64,000 bases of DNA, from NCBI GenBank assembly GCA_963713475.1, contig CAVQLY010000007.1, positions 64,834 through 128,833 on the forward strand. Direction: 5' to 3'. The notes below the pieces were generated by a model. The model did no database searches, was not told the origin of the DNA, and worked only from the letters and a program-made list of their open reading frames with translations. Of this stretch, positions 35,151 through 44,092 are shown in pieces. The position numbers and the translations under genes were made by a program. This stretch comes from an uncultured Thermoleophilia bacterium. Lineage in GTDB: Bacteria; Actinomycetota; Thermoleophilia; UBA2241. Positions within the stretch are counted from its first letter, which is position 1; every line of letters starts with the position of its first letter.

Positions 35151-36206
35151 TCAGGGCCGGCCGCCGATCCAGGCGCCGCCGATGGAGCCGTAGCTCACCA
35201 CGGCGCCCGTGTGCGGGGCGTGGATCATGCTGCCGCCGCCGACGTAGATGCCGACGTGGTAGCTGTAGCTGGCGCTGCCGAAGAAGACGAGGTCGCCCGG
35301 CTGGAGAGCGCTGAGCGGCACCGGGGTGCTGGCGTGCTGCTGGTCGGTCGCGCCGTGCGAGAGGCCGACGCCGACCTGCGCGTAGCAGTACATGGTGAGG
35401 CCGGAGCAGTCGAAGCCGCTCGGGCTGGCGCCGCCGTACACGTAGGGGACGCCGAGATAGCGCTGGGCGATGCCGACGACGCCCGAGTTGCCGGTGCCGC
35501 CGGGGTCGACGACGGTGCCGCCGCCTCCGCCCGTGCTGGTCCCACCGTTCTGCGCCGCCGCCGCCGCGTCTGCGGCGGCCTTGGCTGCGGCAGCCTGCTG
35601 CGCCTGAAGGCGGTTGATCTCCGACTTGAGGCCGGCGGTCATGTTCTCGAGCTTGCCCTGCAGGCCCTCGACCTCGGCCTTGTGGCTTGCGGCCGCGGCG
35701 ACCAGCTTGGCGGCCGCCTGCTTGTCGGCGGCGAGCTTGACCCGGCGATCCTTGATGTCCTGCTGGTAGGAAGCGATGCTCTTGACGGTGTCGACGTCGC
35801 TGTTGCCCAGCCGCTCCATGAGGTTCAGCTGGGTCACGAGGTCGTCGAAGCTGTTGGCGGCGAACAGGACATCGACGACGCCGACGTCACGGGCTCTGTA
35901 CATGTCCTCGGCGCGGGCGGAGAGCTGCTCGTTGGCGACGCCGAGGTTGTACTCGGCGACCTTGAGGAGCCGCTCGTTCTCCTTGATCTGCGTCGTGACC
36001 GTGTCGAGCTGGCTGGAGGCCTGGTTGTACTTCTCCACGGCCATGTCGACCTGGTGGTACACGGTCTGCAGCTTGGCCTGCACCTCGCGCAGCTGTGCTT
36101 TCTTGCTGCTGACGGGGGAGGCGAGTGCGGAGGATGCGAACGCGAAGCTGAGAAGGAGGGTGCCGAGAATGACAGACAGGGTGACGAACCGTCGTGTGCC
36201 GTTCAC
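35151..36206 (-). CDS. Secreted coiled-coil NlpC/P60 peptidoglycan endopeptidase (CwlO/RipA-like), paralogue 2
   Basis: GTG 36206 after AAGGAGG. Same architecture as paralogue 1. ..YVYGGASPSGFDCSGLTMYCY..YHVGIYV..IHAPHTG... Confidence 0.8.
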   Translation of the reverse strand: MNGTRRFVTLSVILGTLLLSFAFASSALASPVSSKKAQLREVQAKLQTVYHQVDMAVEKYNQASSQLDTVTTQIKENERLLKVAEYNLGVANEQLSARAEDMYRARDVGVVDVLFAANSFDDLVTQLNLMERLGNSDVDTVKSIASYQQDIKDRRVKLAADKQAAAKLVAAAASHKAEVEGLQGKLENMTAGLKSEINRLQAQQAAAAKAAADAAAAAQNGGTSTGGGGGTVVDPGGTGNSGVVGIAQRYLGVPYVYGGASPSGFDCSGLTMYCYAQVGVGLSHGATDQQHASTPVPLSALQPGDLVFFGSASYSYHVGIYVGGGSMIHAPHTGAVVSYGSIGGAWIGGRP

Positions 36207-36411
36207 TGCATCGCCTCCTTTTGGACGTCTCGCAGGTGCGAGCGCCCTCGTTGAGGTGAGCCCGTTGCGCGCGTTGCACTCACCAAACTCAAGTATGAGA
36301 CCTTAACATCCGGCAGGTGGCCTGACAACCGCGCGGCCCGCCGGACGGAACCGTTTGGAGCGGGCCAGGACGCGCATCCGGCGGCGGTCGCCAGACGGCC
36401 TGCGGCGCGGC

Positions 36412-37824
36412 TCAATCGCTCCGCGCCTGGCGCACCGTGCCGCGCGGGGTCGGGCGCGGCCACATCTGCTTGAGCGACGCGATGAACGCCTTGTTGCGCT
36501 CGTCCCGGCGCCAGTTGCGGATGATCGCCATGCCCCACCAGTGGAAGAGCAGCTGCTTGGTGAACTGCAGCGTGAAGATGTAGCCCAGCCAGGTGCGGAG
36601 GGAGTAGAAGCGCATGTAGCCGCGCAGCACCTCGATCTGGAGCTCGTAGGGCGTCATGCGCGCCGGTTCGAACACGACGTGGTGGGCGTCGTAGAGCTCC
36701 CAGCGCTTGTCGAAGATGCGACCCGCCTCGTCGAACTCCCGGTACTGCTGCGTCCCGGGGAGCGGCGTGAGGATGTTGAGCATCACGGTGTCGATCTTGT
36801 TCTTGATCGCGAAGGCGACCGTGTCGCGCACGGTCTGGACGTCGTCGTCGTCGGCGCCGAGCACGAACATGCCGTGGCTCTTGATGCCGTAGTCGTGCAG
36901 CACCTTGATGGCCGTCTCGATGTCGGCCACCGTCTGTGACTTCTCGAACCGGTCCAGCGTCCGCTGGTTGACGGACTCGAGGCCGAGGTAGACGAGGTTG
37001 CAGCCGGACCGGCGCATCAGGTCGAGCAGCTCGGGGTCGCGCACGACGTCGGTGCGCACCTGCGCTGACCACGGGATGACGAGGTCCTCGTCGATCATCA
37101 TCTGCAGCAGCCGCTTGAGGCGCTTGCGGTTGGCGGCCATGTTGTCGTCGTAGAAGAAGATACGCTCCGGGCGCTTGTCCTTGAGCTCCGCGACGACGCT
37201 CTCGGCGCTGCGGAAGCGGTACTTCTTGCCGAACATGGCGGTGACCGAGCAGAAGGTGCAGTCGAACGGGCAGCCCCAGCTGGTCATGATCGGCACCGTG
37301 TTGATCTTGTCGCTGCCGACCAGCAGGCGCAGGTCCGGGAACGGCAGCTCGTCGAGATCGGCGAGCGCCGCACGCGGCGGGTTGTGCACCGCGACCCCGT
37401 CGCGCTTGAACGAGAGGCCGGCGATGCTGTCGAGCCGGCGGTCGCCGGCCAGCGCCTCGATGAGCTCGAGCATGAGCTGCTCGCCGCCCTCGCCGCGGGC
37501 GACGTAGTCCACGTGCTCCAGCGCCTCGTCGGCCATGAAGGTGACGTGCGACCCGCCGATGACGACGGGGATGCCGCGCCCGTGCAGGTCTTCGGCGAAC
37601 CCGTACGCGGTCGTGGCGGTCGAGGTGGTGCTCGAGAGCCCGACGAGGTCGGACGAGTTCACGTCCTCCCAGTCGATGGGCGCCATCGTGGGGTTGTACA
37701 CGAGCACGTCGTGGCCGTGCTCCTTGAGCTTGGCGGCGATGATGGGCAGCCCGAGGCGGGGGAGCAGGACCTTGGCCCAGACGTGCATCCCGGGCGGTTC
37801 TGGCTCGATGAGGCGGATCTTCAT
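36412..37824 (-). CDS. B12-binding-domain (class B) radical SAM protein, function unknown
   Basis: N-terminal Rossmann-like B12-binding domain (..GLPIIAAKLKEHGHDVLVYN..). Radical SAM CPFDCTFC. ATG 37824 preferred over track start 37866. Confidence 0.75.
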   Translation of the reverse strand: MKIRLIEPEPPGMHVWAKVLLPRLGLPIIAAKLKEHGHDVLVYNPTMAPIDWEDVNSSDLVGLSSTTSTATTAYGFAEDLHGRGIPVVIGGSHVTFMADEALEHVDYVARGEGGEQLMLELIEALAGDRRLDSIAGLSFKRDGVAVHNPPRAALADLDELPFPDLRLLVGSDKINTVPIMTSWGCPFDCTFCSVTAMFGKKYRFRSAESVVAELKDKRPERIFFYDDNMAANRKRLKRLLQMMIDEDLVIPWSAQVRTDVVRDPELLDLMRRSGCNLVYLGLESVNQRTLDRFEKSQTVADIETAIKVLHDYGIKSHGMFVLGADDDDVQTVRDTVAFAIKNKIDTVMLNILTPLPGTQQYREFDEAGRIFDKRWELYDAHHVVFEPARMTPYELQIEVLRGYMRFYSLRTWLGYIFTLQFTKQLLFHWWGMAIIRNWRRDERNKAFIASLKQMWPRPTPRGTVRQARSD

Positions 37825-37975
37825 GGTGCTCCTTGAACCAGGGAGTGCGCCTGGGCCCGCGGACACGCGTGCGGGCCGGCGACGATCCCGTCAGTCATTC
37901 GACCGGACGGTGACCGCCGCGGGTCCTCCCAGTGGACAGTCGACGTATGGCCGGCGTGCCGGCGTGGTGTACATG

Positions 37976-38004
37976 ACGATAACGTAATACTTACGTTCAC
38001 TCAA
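37976..38004 (-). promoter_or_regulatory. Promoter plus palindromic operator upstream of the class B radical SAM gene (copy 1 of a duplicated module)
   Basis: Minus strand reads TTGAGT-N17-TATCGT. The spacer contains the perfect inverted repeat AACGTAA-N3-TTACGTT (37981-37997). AT-rich island in GC-rich DNA. Confidence 0.55.
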
Positions 38005-38300
38005 CCGCTGCGCGGAGGCTGCTCGCGCTCGCGCTGCCGGCGCTCCTTCTCCTCGCGCTCGAGGAGGATGTCCTCGGGGCTGCGGAGCACGAAGGCGAAC
38101 GCGGCGTGGGCGACGACGACGATGCCCCACGCACCCACGGCGATCACGAACCAGGGGAAGCCGCCGCCGGCGAGCACCCAGATGATGAACAGGAAGACGC
38201 TGATGGCCGCCCAGACGATGAGATCCATCCAGAACCACTGGCGCCGCGCGATGCGCACCGCCTCACGCTCGCGCAGGGCGGCCTTCCCGAACTCATCCAT
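38001..38300 (-). CDS. 2TM-domain small membrane protein
   Basis: MDEFGKAALREREAVRIARRQWFWMDLIVWAAISVFLFIIWVL..PWFVIAVGAWGIVVVAH.. with a charged tail. Overlaps the padR stop. Confidence 0.55.
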   Translation of the reverse strand: MDEFGKAALREREAVRIARRQWFWMDLIVWAAISVFLFIIWVLAGGGFPWFVIAVGAWGIVVVAHAAFAFVLRSPEDILLEREEKERRQREREQPPRSG

Positions 38301-38757
38301 GCTCCGCTCCTTCCTGGAGGATCGCTGCGATATCGCTGCGCGTACGCGTGAGCGCCGCGTCGATGCTCTCGGCCTGTTCGGGGCTGAGGTCCACACGGCG
38401 CGGCAGGCCGAGCTCGAAGCGGTCGAGGAGTCTGCCCAGCGTCACCCGCGGGCGCCGCGCGTTGGCGCGGCGGGAGATGTCTCGCCAGCTCGGCTCCGGA
38501 TCGTGGCCGTCGAGCTCGGCCGTCCCGGCCGCCGTGAGCTCGTAGACGCGCAGGCCCTCGCGCTCGTCGGCGGTGATGAGGCCGGACTCCTCGAGGGCGA
38601 CGAGTGCCGGGTAGATGGCCCCCGGACTGGGTCGCCACTGGCTGCCGACCCGGCGCTGCAACTCCTGCATGATGGCGTACCCGTGCCCCTCGCCGAGCGA
38701 GGCGATCACGGAGAGGAGAGCCAGCTTGAGCTCACCGCGGTTGAAGACGCGCGCCAT
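38293..38757 (-). CDS. padR: PadR-family transcriptional regulator
   Basis: ..LKLALLSVIASLGEGHGYAIMQEL..RPSPGAIYPALVALEESGLI..RVYELT.. winged-helix PadR signature. Confidence 0.8.
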   Translation of the reverse strand: MARVFNRGELKLALLSVIASLGEGHGYAIMQELQRRVGSQWRPSPGAIYPALVALEESGLITADEREGLRVYELTAAGTAELDGHDPEPSWRDISRRANARRPRVTLGRLLDRFELGLPRRVDLSPEQAESIDAALTRTRSDIAAILQEGAEHG

Positions 38758-38829
38758 GAGGTGTCCGAGGTCGGGGATGGGCGACGGCCGTGCGCGGCAA
38801 GCGCCTGCGGCCGGCCGCAGCGTGAAGCG

Positions 38830-38858
38830 AACATAACGTAATAGTTACGTTCAGTCAA
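38830..38858 (-). promoter_or_regulatory. Promoter plus palindromic operator upstream of padR (copy 2 of the duplicated module)
   Basis: Minus strand reads TTGACT-N17-TATGTT. The spacer contains AACGTAA-N3-TTACGTT (38835-38851). 24 of 26 nt identical to the copy at 37979-38004. Confidence 0.55.
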
Positions 38859-38892
38859 TCGGCAGGCGCCGCGGCGCGGCGCCGACCGGCGC

Positions 38893-39886
38893 TCAGAACA
38901 GCGAGCGGATCGCCTGGCCGGCGAGGTAGACCGCGGCGCCGACGAGGCCGGCCGCCGGCAGCGTGAGGACCCACGCGGTGACGATGTTGCCCGCGACTCC
39001 CCAGCGCACCGCGGACAGCCGCTGCGTCGAGCCCACACCCATGATCGCCGCCGTGATGGTGTGGGTCGTGGAGACCGGGACGCCGAAGTGCGTCGCCAGC
39101 TGGATGACGGAGGCGGCGGCGGTCTCGGCGGCGAAGCCGTGGATGGGGTCGAGCTTGATGACCTTGGAGCCGAGCGTGTGGATGATGCGCCAGCCGCCGG
39201 AGTAGGTGCCGAACGCCATCGCGAGGGCGCAGGCGATCTTGACCCACAGCGGGATGGTGAACGTGTCGATCTGCCCGCTGGCGAAGAGCGCCAAGCGCGA
39301 TGATGCCCATGGTCTTCTGAGCGTCGTTGGCGCCGTGCGAGAAGGCCATGAACCCCGCGGAGATGGGCTGGAGACGGCGGAACCACGTGTTGACCGGCCC
39401 CTGCTGCCGCTTGCGCACCAGCCAGATGAGGCCGGTCATGAGCACCCAGGCGCCCACGAAGCCGAGGAGCGGCGAGCCCACCATGGGAAGGATGATCTTC
39501 TCGAAGACTCCGCTCCAGATGACGCCGCTGATGCCCGCACTGGCGATCATCGCGCCGATGAGGCCGCCGAACAGTGCATGGGACGAACTCGACGGGATGC
39601 CGAAACGCCACGTGATGAGATTCCACACCACCGCGCCGACGAGGGCGGACATGACGACCTGCAACGTGACGAGGTCCGTGTTGACGATGCCTTCGCCGAC
39701 GGTCTTGGCCACGCTCGTGGAGACCAGGGCGCCGAGGAGGTTGAGGCCGGCCGCCATGAGCACAGCGACGCGCGGCGAGAGGGCTCGCGTCGAGACCGAG
39801 GTCGCGATCGCATTGGCGGTGTCGTGGAAGCCGTTGGTGTAATCGAAGACGAGCGCCAGTACGACGATCGCGATGAGGAGGGCCAC
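38893..39886 (-). CDS. pitA: Inorganic phosphate transporter PitA family; apparent +1 frame disruption near 39288-39297
   Basis: N-terminal part ..VFDYTNGFHDTANAIATSV..FSHGANDAQKTMGIIAL (track ORF 38855-39886). C-terminal part ALFASGQID..GFAAETAAA..GVPVSTTHTITAAIMGVG.. (track ORF 38893-39294) is in the next frame. One extra G in ..CGCTTGGCGCTC.. would explain the break. Confidence 0.8.
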
Positions 39887-39900
39887 GGCCTGTGCTCAGG

Positions 39901-40515
39901 TCAGTTGTGCTTGAGGACGATGCTCTCGATGACGTTCGCCACGTGTTCGCACTCGTCGATGGCCGCCTCGAGGATCTCGTAGATGTCTTTCCACTTGATG
40001 ATGTCGGTGCATTTCATGTCGCCGTCGAACAGGCTGGCAATGGCCTCGCGCAAGATTCGGTCGCCGTCGTTCTCGAGGCTGTTGATGGCGATGATGCGCT
40101 CGTCAAGGCCCTTGGGTTTCGCGAGGTTGTCCATGCACTCCTTGAGGAGCGGCGTGGCCTTGGCGATGACCTCTGACTGGCGGCGCGCCTGCTCGGTGAT
40201 CTCGCCGACGCGGTACAGCATCACCATGTCGGCGGCGGCCTCGATGTTGTCGAGGATCTCGTCCGTGGTGGCCACGAGGTCGTAGATGTCCTCACGGTCG
40301 ATGGGCGTGATGAACGACTTGTTGAGCTTGCGGATGATGTCGTGGACGATCTTGTCGCCGACGTGCTCATGCTCGAGGATGGCCGCGGCCACGCCCTTGC
40401 GGTCGCCGTCGTTCATGAACTTGACGAGCAGCTGAGCCGCCGCGTCGAGGTTGGCCGCCAGCTCTGAGAACAGCCTGAAGTAGTCGTGTTCCTTCGGAAC
40501 GAGGCTGAGTTTCAC
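39901..40515 (-). CDS. DUF47/PhoU-like protein paired with Pit transporter
   Basis: ..EHDYFRLFSELA.., ..HEHVGDKIVHDIIRKLNKSFITPIDREDI.., ..ENDGDRILREAI... 204 aa, directly upstream of pitA. Confidence 0.75.
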   Translation of the reverse strand: MKLSLVPKEHDYFRLFSELAANLDAAAQLLVKFMNDGDRKGVAAAILEHEHVGDKIVHDIIRKLNKSFITPIDREDIYDLVATTDEILDNIEAAADMVMLYRVGEITEQARRQSEVIAKATPLLKECMDNLAKPKGLDERIIAINSLENDGDRILREAIASLFDGDMKCTDIIKWKDIYEILEAAIDECEHVANVIESIVLKHN

Positions 40516-40791
40516 ACGGGCTCCTTTCCCCTACCTGCCCTGTGCCGCGCGTAATGCTATACGGATTGAGGCCGGGCGCAACCCCTGCCCGGCCCCCGTC
40601 GGATGGTCCCCGGCGAGCGCCTCGCGGCAATCGTGCGCAGAGGCGGTCCCGGCGACGCCCGGCGACGTAGCCAGCCGGGGCGACGGCCACAGGGTCCGTG
40701 CGGCGGAAGGTTCGGCCCCGGCGGCCCGTTATAAGGGATGCAAGGCCTGACTGCGCTCATTACGACCCACAGGACCAAGGAGGTCGTGGAA

Positions 40792-41212
40792 GTGAAGAAG
40801 TTGCTCCTCATCGCCGTCGTCGCCGCCCTCGCGCTGACGCTCGTGCCGCTGGCCGTCGCCGGCGGATCGGGTCATGGAGGGTGGAAGCACGGCAAGGCCA
40901 AGTTCGAACTGGTCGGCAAGGTGACGGTGGTCGACGCGACCGCCCGCACGGTGACCATCATGGTCAAGTCCGGCACGAAGACCGTGCGCGCGTTCCGCGG
41001 CCATGAGGCCACCATGGGCTTCACGCCGACGGCGAAGATCTGGCTGCTCACCGATCCTGAGGCCACCGCCATCGACGTGGGCGACGTGCCCTTGGGCGCC
41101 AAGGTGAAGGTGCGCGGCGTCATCGATCGTAGTCAAGGACCCGGCCGTGTTCACCATCAAGAACCTCAAGGTGCATCCGCTGCCGGTCGAGGAGCCCGTG
41201 CCGACGCCCTAA
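40792..41212 (+). CDS. Small secreted hypothetical protein; apparent +1 frame disruption near 41120-41137
   Basis: GTG 40792 after AGGAGG. Signal peptide KKLLLIAVVAALALTLVPLAVAGG. After ..AKVKVRGVI.. the plausible tail ..VVKDPAVFTIKNLKVHPLPVEEPVPTP* is in the next frame and ends at TAA 41210-41212, just upstream of a strong terminator. Confidence 0.55.
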
Positions 41213-41256
41213 GGGGCCGCATGCGCGGCGGGCGGACTGCCCGCATGGCGAACGAC

Positions 41257-41304
41257 AGAACGCCGGAGGGGCGGCCCGCCCGCGGGCCGCCCCTCCGGCG
41301 TTCT
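41257..41304 (+). terminator. Strong stem-loop terminator
   Basis: Perfect 21-bp stem AGAACGCCGGAGGGGCGGCCC / GGGCCGCCCCTCCGGCGTTCT, 6-nt loop. Confidence 0.65.
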
Positions 41305-41372
41305 GTCACCCGGGAGGCGGTCGCGCCCCCGGCGAGTGTGAAGCTCGCGTGGTTTCGGTAGAGTGCTCCTCG

Positions 41373-42563
41373 ATGGGAGCCGACCACGACGCATACTTCG
41401 ACGAGGTCGAGGCGCGGTTCGAGAACGCGCACGACCTCGACCTCGGTCTCGAAGAGGAGTTCCAGGTCCTCGACCGGGAGACGCTCGCGCTGACCGGCGC
41501 CTTCGAGGTGCTGCGCGACTCGGCGCCGCAGCGCCTGCGCGAGCGGATCGCCGGCGAGCTGCTCACCTCGGAGATCGAGGTCAGCACGCCGCGCACCCTG
41601 CACTTCGGGCAGGCGGCGAAGCAGCTCCTGCTCAACCGCGCCGAGCTGTTCGCGCACGCCGACGCCCAGGGCTATGCCCTCGGCGCCACCGGCACGCACC
41701 CCTTCTCGGGCTGGAAGGACCAGCAGATCATCGACACGCCGCACTACCGGCTGGTCGAGGACCGGCTCAAGTACGTGGCCTGGCGCAACAACACCTGGGC
41801 GGCGCACGTACACGTCGGGGTACGCGGCTGCGATCGTGCGGTGGCCGTGTGTGACGCGCTGCGCACCTATCTGCCGCACCTGCTCGCCCTCTCGGCCAAC
41901 TCGCCGTTCATCGAGGACGTGTGGACCCGCCTGCACTCGGTGCGCACCCAGACCTTCGTGCGCATGTTCCCACGCTGCGGCATCCCCGACGTCTTCGGCA
42001 CGTGGGCCGCGCACCGGAGCTTCTACGAGGAACTCGTCGACACCAACTGCATCCAGGAGTTCACGCAGATCTGGTGGTCGGTGCGCCCGCATCATCGCTT
42101 CGGCACGGTCGAGGTCCGCATCTGCGACGCGCAGACCGAGGCGTGGGAGAGCCTGGCCATCTCGTCGCTGACGGTCGGGCTCATCGCGCACCTGTCGCGC
42201 ATCTACGACGAGGGCCTGCCGCTGCCGATCCTCGAGACGCGGTACGTCGAGGAGAACCTCTGGCGGGCGATCCGCTACGGGCTCGACGGCAAGCTGGTGG
42301 ACTGGGCGATGGGGGAGGAACTGCCGGCTGCCGACGCCGTGCGCCATCTGGTTGAGCTGGCGGCGCCCTACGCCGACGCCATCGGCCTCAGTCCGCACCT
42401 GGCCGACGTCGAGCGCATGCTGCGCGACGGCAACGGGGCCCAGCAGCAGTCTCGAGCTCACGTCGAGGGTAAGAGTCTGCGGGAGGTGTTCGCCGGCACG
42501 GTCGCCCAGGCGCATCGCAGCTCGGTGGCGCCCACCGCCGCTACGCAGGGAGAAGAGAGATGA
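41373..42563 (+). CDS. ybdK: Carboxylate-amine ligase, YbdK / glutamate-cysteine ligase family 2
   Basis: ..LGLEEEFQVLD.., ..ELLTSEIEVSTP.., ..GTHPFS.., ..AHVHVGV.., ..ALSANSPF.., ..WWSVRPH..FGTVEVRICD... TAGAGT -10 at 41359-41364, 8 nt before ATG 41373. Confidence 0.8.
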   Translation: MGADHDAYFDEVEARFENAHDLDLGLEEEFQVLDRETLALTGAFEVLRDSAPQRLRERIAGELLTSEIEVSTPRTLHFGQAAKQLLLNRAELFAHADAQGYALGATGTHPFSGWKDQQIIDTPHYRLVEDRLKYVAWRNNTWAAHVHVGVRGCDRAVAVCDALRTYLPHLLALSANSPFIEDVWTRLHSVRTQTFVRMFPRCGIPDVFGTWAAHRSFYEELVDTNCIQEFTQIWWSVRPHHRFGTVEVRICDAQTEAWESLAISSLTVGLIAHLSRIYDEGLPLPILETRYVEENLWRAIRYGLDGKLVDWAMGEELPAADAVRHLVELAAPYADAIGLSPHLADVERMLRDGNGAQQQSRAHVEGKSLREVFAGTVAQAHRSSVAPTAATQGEER

Positions 42564-43138
42564 GCGAGCCGAACGATCGCCGGCGAGTGGTGTCGGACGA
42601 GGAGCGGGCCAAGGCGATGCTGGAGCAGCTCAAGGGCGTGCACGCGGTCGACATCGGCCGCGACATGGTCATCGCCACGGTCAACTTCAGCTACCCCAAG
42701 CTCGGCCTCTCGGACGAGACGCGCCCGGTGCGCGACCTGGACGACGTGCGCGTCTCCATCGAACTGGTCCGGGCGATCCTGGAGGTGCTGGAGCGGGAGC
42801 ACGCCGGGGAGAAGACGAGCGACCTGCACGACACGCTGGCGCAGATGCAGCTGGCGTACGCGCACGCGGTGCAGCTGGCCAACGCCGAGCGCGCGGCGAG
42901 CGCGGCGCCCGAGCCTCAGAGCGAGCCGGCGCCCGCAGAGGAGCCGGCCGCCGAGGAGGAGCCGGTGGCCGCAGAGGAGCCGGTGGCCGCAGAGGAGCCG
43001 GTGGCCGACAAGGAGCCGGCCGCCGCGAAGAAGCCGGCGGGCGGCAAGAAGACGCCGGCGACGAAGAAGCCCGCAGCGAAGAAGCCCGCGGCCAAGCGAA
43101 AGCCGGCCGCGAAGAAGAAGCCGGCCGGCGACAGCTGA
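42560..43138 (+). CDS. Hypothetical protein with acidic repeat and histone-H1-like K/A/P-rich C-terminal tail
   Basis: ATGA overlap with ybdK. Globular N-terminal half, then EEPVAAEEPVAAEEPVA repeats and ..KKPAGGKKTPATKKPAAKKPAAKRKPAAKKKPAG... Confidence 0.5.
   Translation: MSEPNDRRRVVSDEERAKAMLEQLKGVHAVDIGRDMVIATVNFSYPKLGLSDETRPVRDLDDVRVSIELVRAILEVLEREHAGEKTSDLHDTLAQMQLAYAHAVQLANAERAASAAPEPQSEPAPAEEPAAEEEPVAAEEPVAAEEPVADKEPAAAKKPAGGKKTPATKKPAAKKPAAKRKPAAKKKPAGDS
42956..43009 (+). repeat. Tandem 18-bp repeat (GAGGAGCCGGTGGCCGCA, three copies) inside the 42560-43138 CDS
   Basis: Direct reading of 42956-42973, 42974-42991 and 42992-43009 (last copy diverges at its 3' end). Encodes EEPVAA units. 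Confidence 0.8.
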
Positions 43139-43199
43139 TCAGCCTCCGAAGGCGAGCTGACGAGGGGGGCGCCGTAGGCGCACCGCTCATCGTCCGGCG

Positions 43200-43880
43200 T
43201 CAGGTCCCGGAGAGCGCCCAGAAGCGGGACTCGTCGAGCTGGTCTCCCGGCTCGACGCAGATGAACTCCTCGTCGTGCGGTCCCGCCACCAGCTTCTCGA
43301 GGAAGCGCAGCGAACCCGTGAGGTCCTCGAGCGGCAGGTCGTAGAAGCGGCTCACCGTCTCCAGGTACTCCCGCTTGTCCCCGAGTCCCGCGACGCCGGG
43401 CGTCTCGATGATCGCCAGACGCGTGTAGTGCTCCATGATGAGCCGCGCCACGTAGGCCGCCTTCTCCTCGCCGTACTTGGGGACGATGGCGAGGTACTCC
43501 TTGTACGGATCGTCGATGAAGTCGACCCACCCGCGCGTGTAGTAGTACGTCCCGGGCTGGGCGCCGTGCTCTTCGAGGTAGCGCGCCCGCGAGCCCAGCA
43601 GCAGGGAGATGCAGTCGTCCGCGGCCGGAAGCACCAGGCGATGCTCGCCGCCCTGCAGACCGACGGTGCCGTTGCTGCAGCGGGCGCACGAGAGGTAGAT
43701 GTCGCAGTCGCCCGGCGTGCCGTCGATGCGCTCCTGGAGCGCGGCGCGCAACCTGTCCGGGTAGTCGTGGAGGGCGCCGTCGACGAACTCGACCTCGAGG
43801 CCGCGGCCGTCGCGCTCGAGCACGGCCTCGATCTCGTTGCGGAGGACCTCACAGCTGACGATCTTGGGCGGCGCTGACAT
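43200..43880 (-). CDS. DUF1638-domain protein
   Basis: MSAPPKIVSCEVLRNEIE..EFVDGALHDYPDRLR..DIYLSCARCSNG..LPAADDCISLLLGS..YYYTRGW.. matches the DUF1638 pattern, a domain commonly found beside corrinoid methyltransferase genes. ATG 43880 preferred over track start 44051. Confidence 0.65.
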   Translation of the reverse strand: MSAPPKIVSCEVLRNEIEAVLERDGRGLEVEFVDGALHDYPDRLRAALQERIDGTPGDCDIYLSCARCSNGTVGLQGGEHRLVLPAADDCISLLLGSRARYLEEHGAQPGTYYYTRGWVDFIDDPYKEYLAIVPKYGEEKAAYVARLIMEHYTRLAIIETPGVAGLGDKREYLETVSRFYDLPLEDLTGSLRFLEKLVAGPHDEEFICVEPGDQLDESRFWALSGT

Positions 43881-43892
43881 GAGTCCATGGTA

Positions 43893-43913
43893 ACAGGACC
43901 ATACTGGTCCTGT
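43893..43913. promoter_or_regulatory. Perfect 9-bp inverted repeat (ACAGGACCA-TAC-TGGTCCTGT), candidate operator between DUF1638 gene and hbd
   Basis: Read directly. Lies 13 nt from the DUF1638 start codon in a 212-bp divergent intergenic region. Confidence 0.5.
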
Positions 43914-44092
43914 CGCGCGGCCGACCCGGCGCGAGTGCCGTGGTCGCTCGCGGCAAGGCGCGCGCAGACGGCCGGGACGTGTACGTCGCGAGGCGCCCTG
44001 CGGTAGCATTGGCCTCTCGCATCCCGAGCAGACATCGTCGTGCGCGACCACCTGACAGGCTCGCGCGCGCTGTGACCACGAGGAGGACCAAC

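Noticed and set aside
36207-36411. Cyclic-di-AMP (ydaO-type) riboswitch upstream of the NlpC/P60 gene.
   Set aside because: The context is suggestive, but I could not identify the conserved pseudo-twofold ACGGGG/CCCG-type elements. Left as a check, not a call.
41125-41137. TAG within ..GATCGTAGTCAAG.. of the secreted-protein gene as an in-frame Pyl codon.
   Set aside because: The TAG is in neither the upstream nor the downstream coding frame. The two coding segments are related by a +1 shift, not by stop readthrough.
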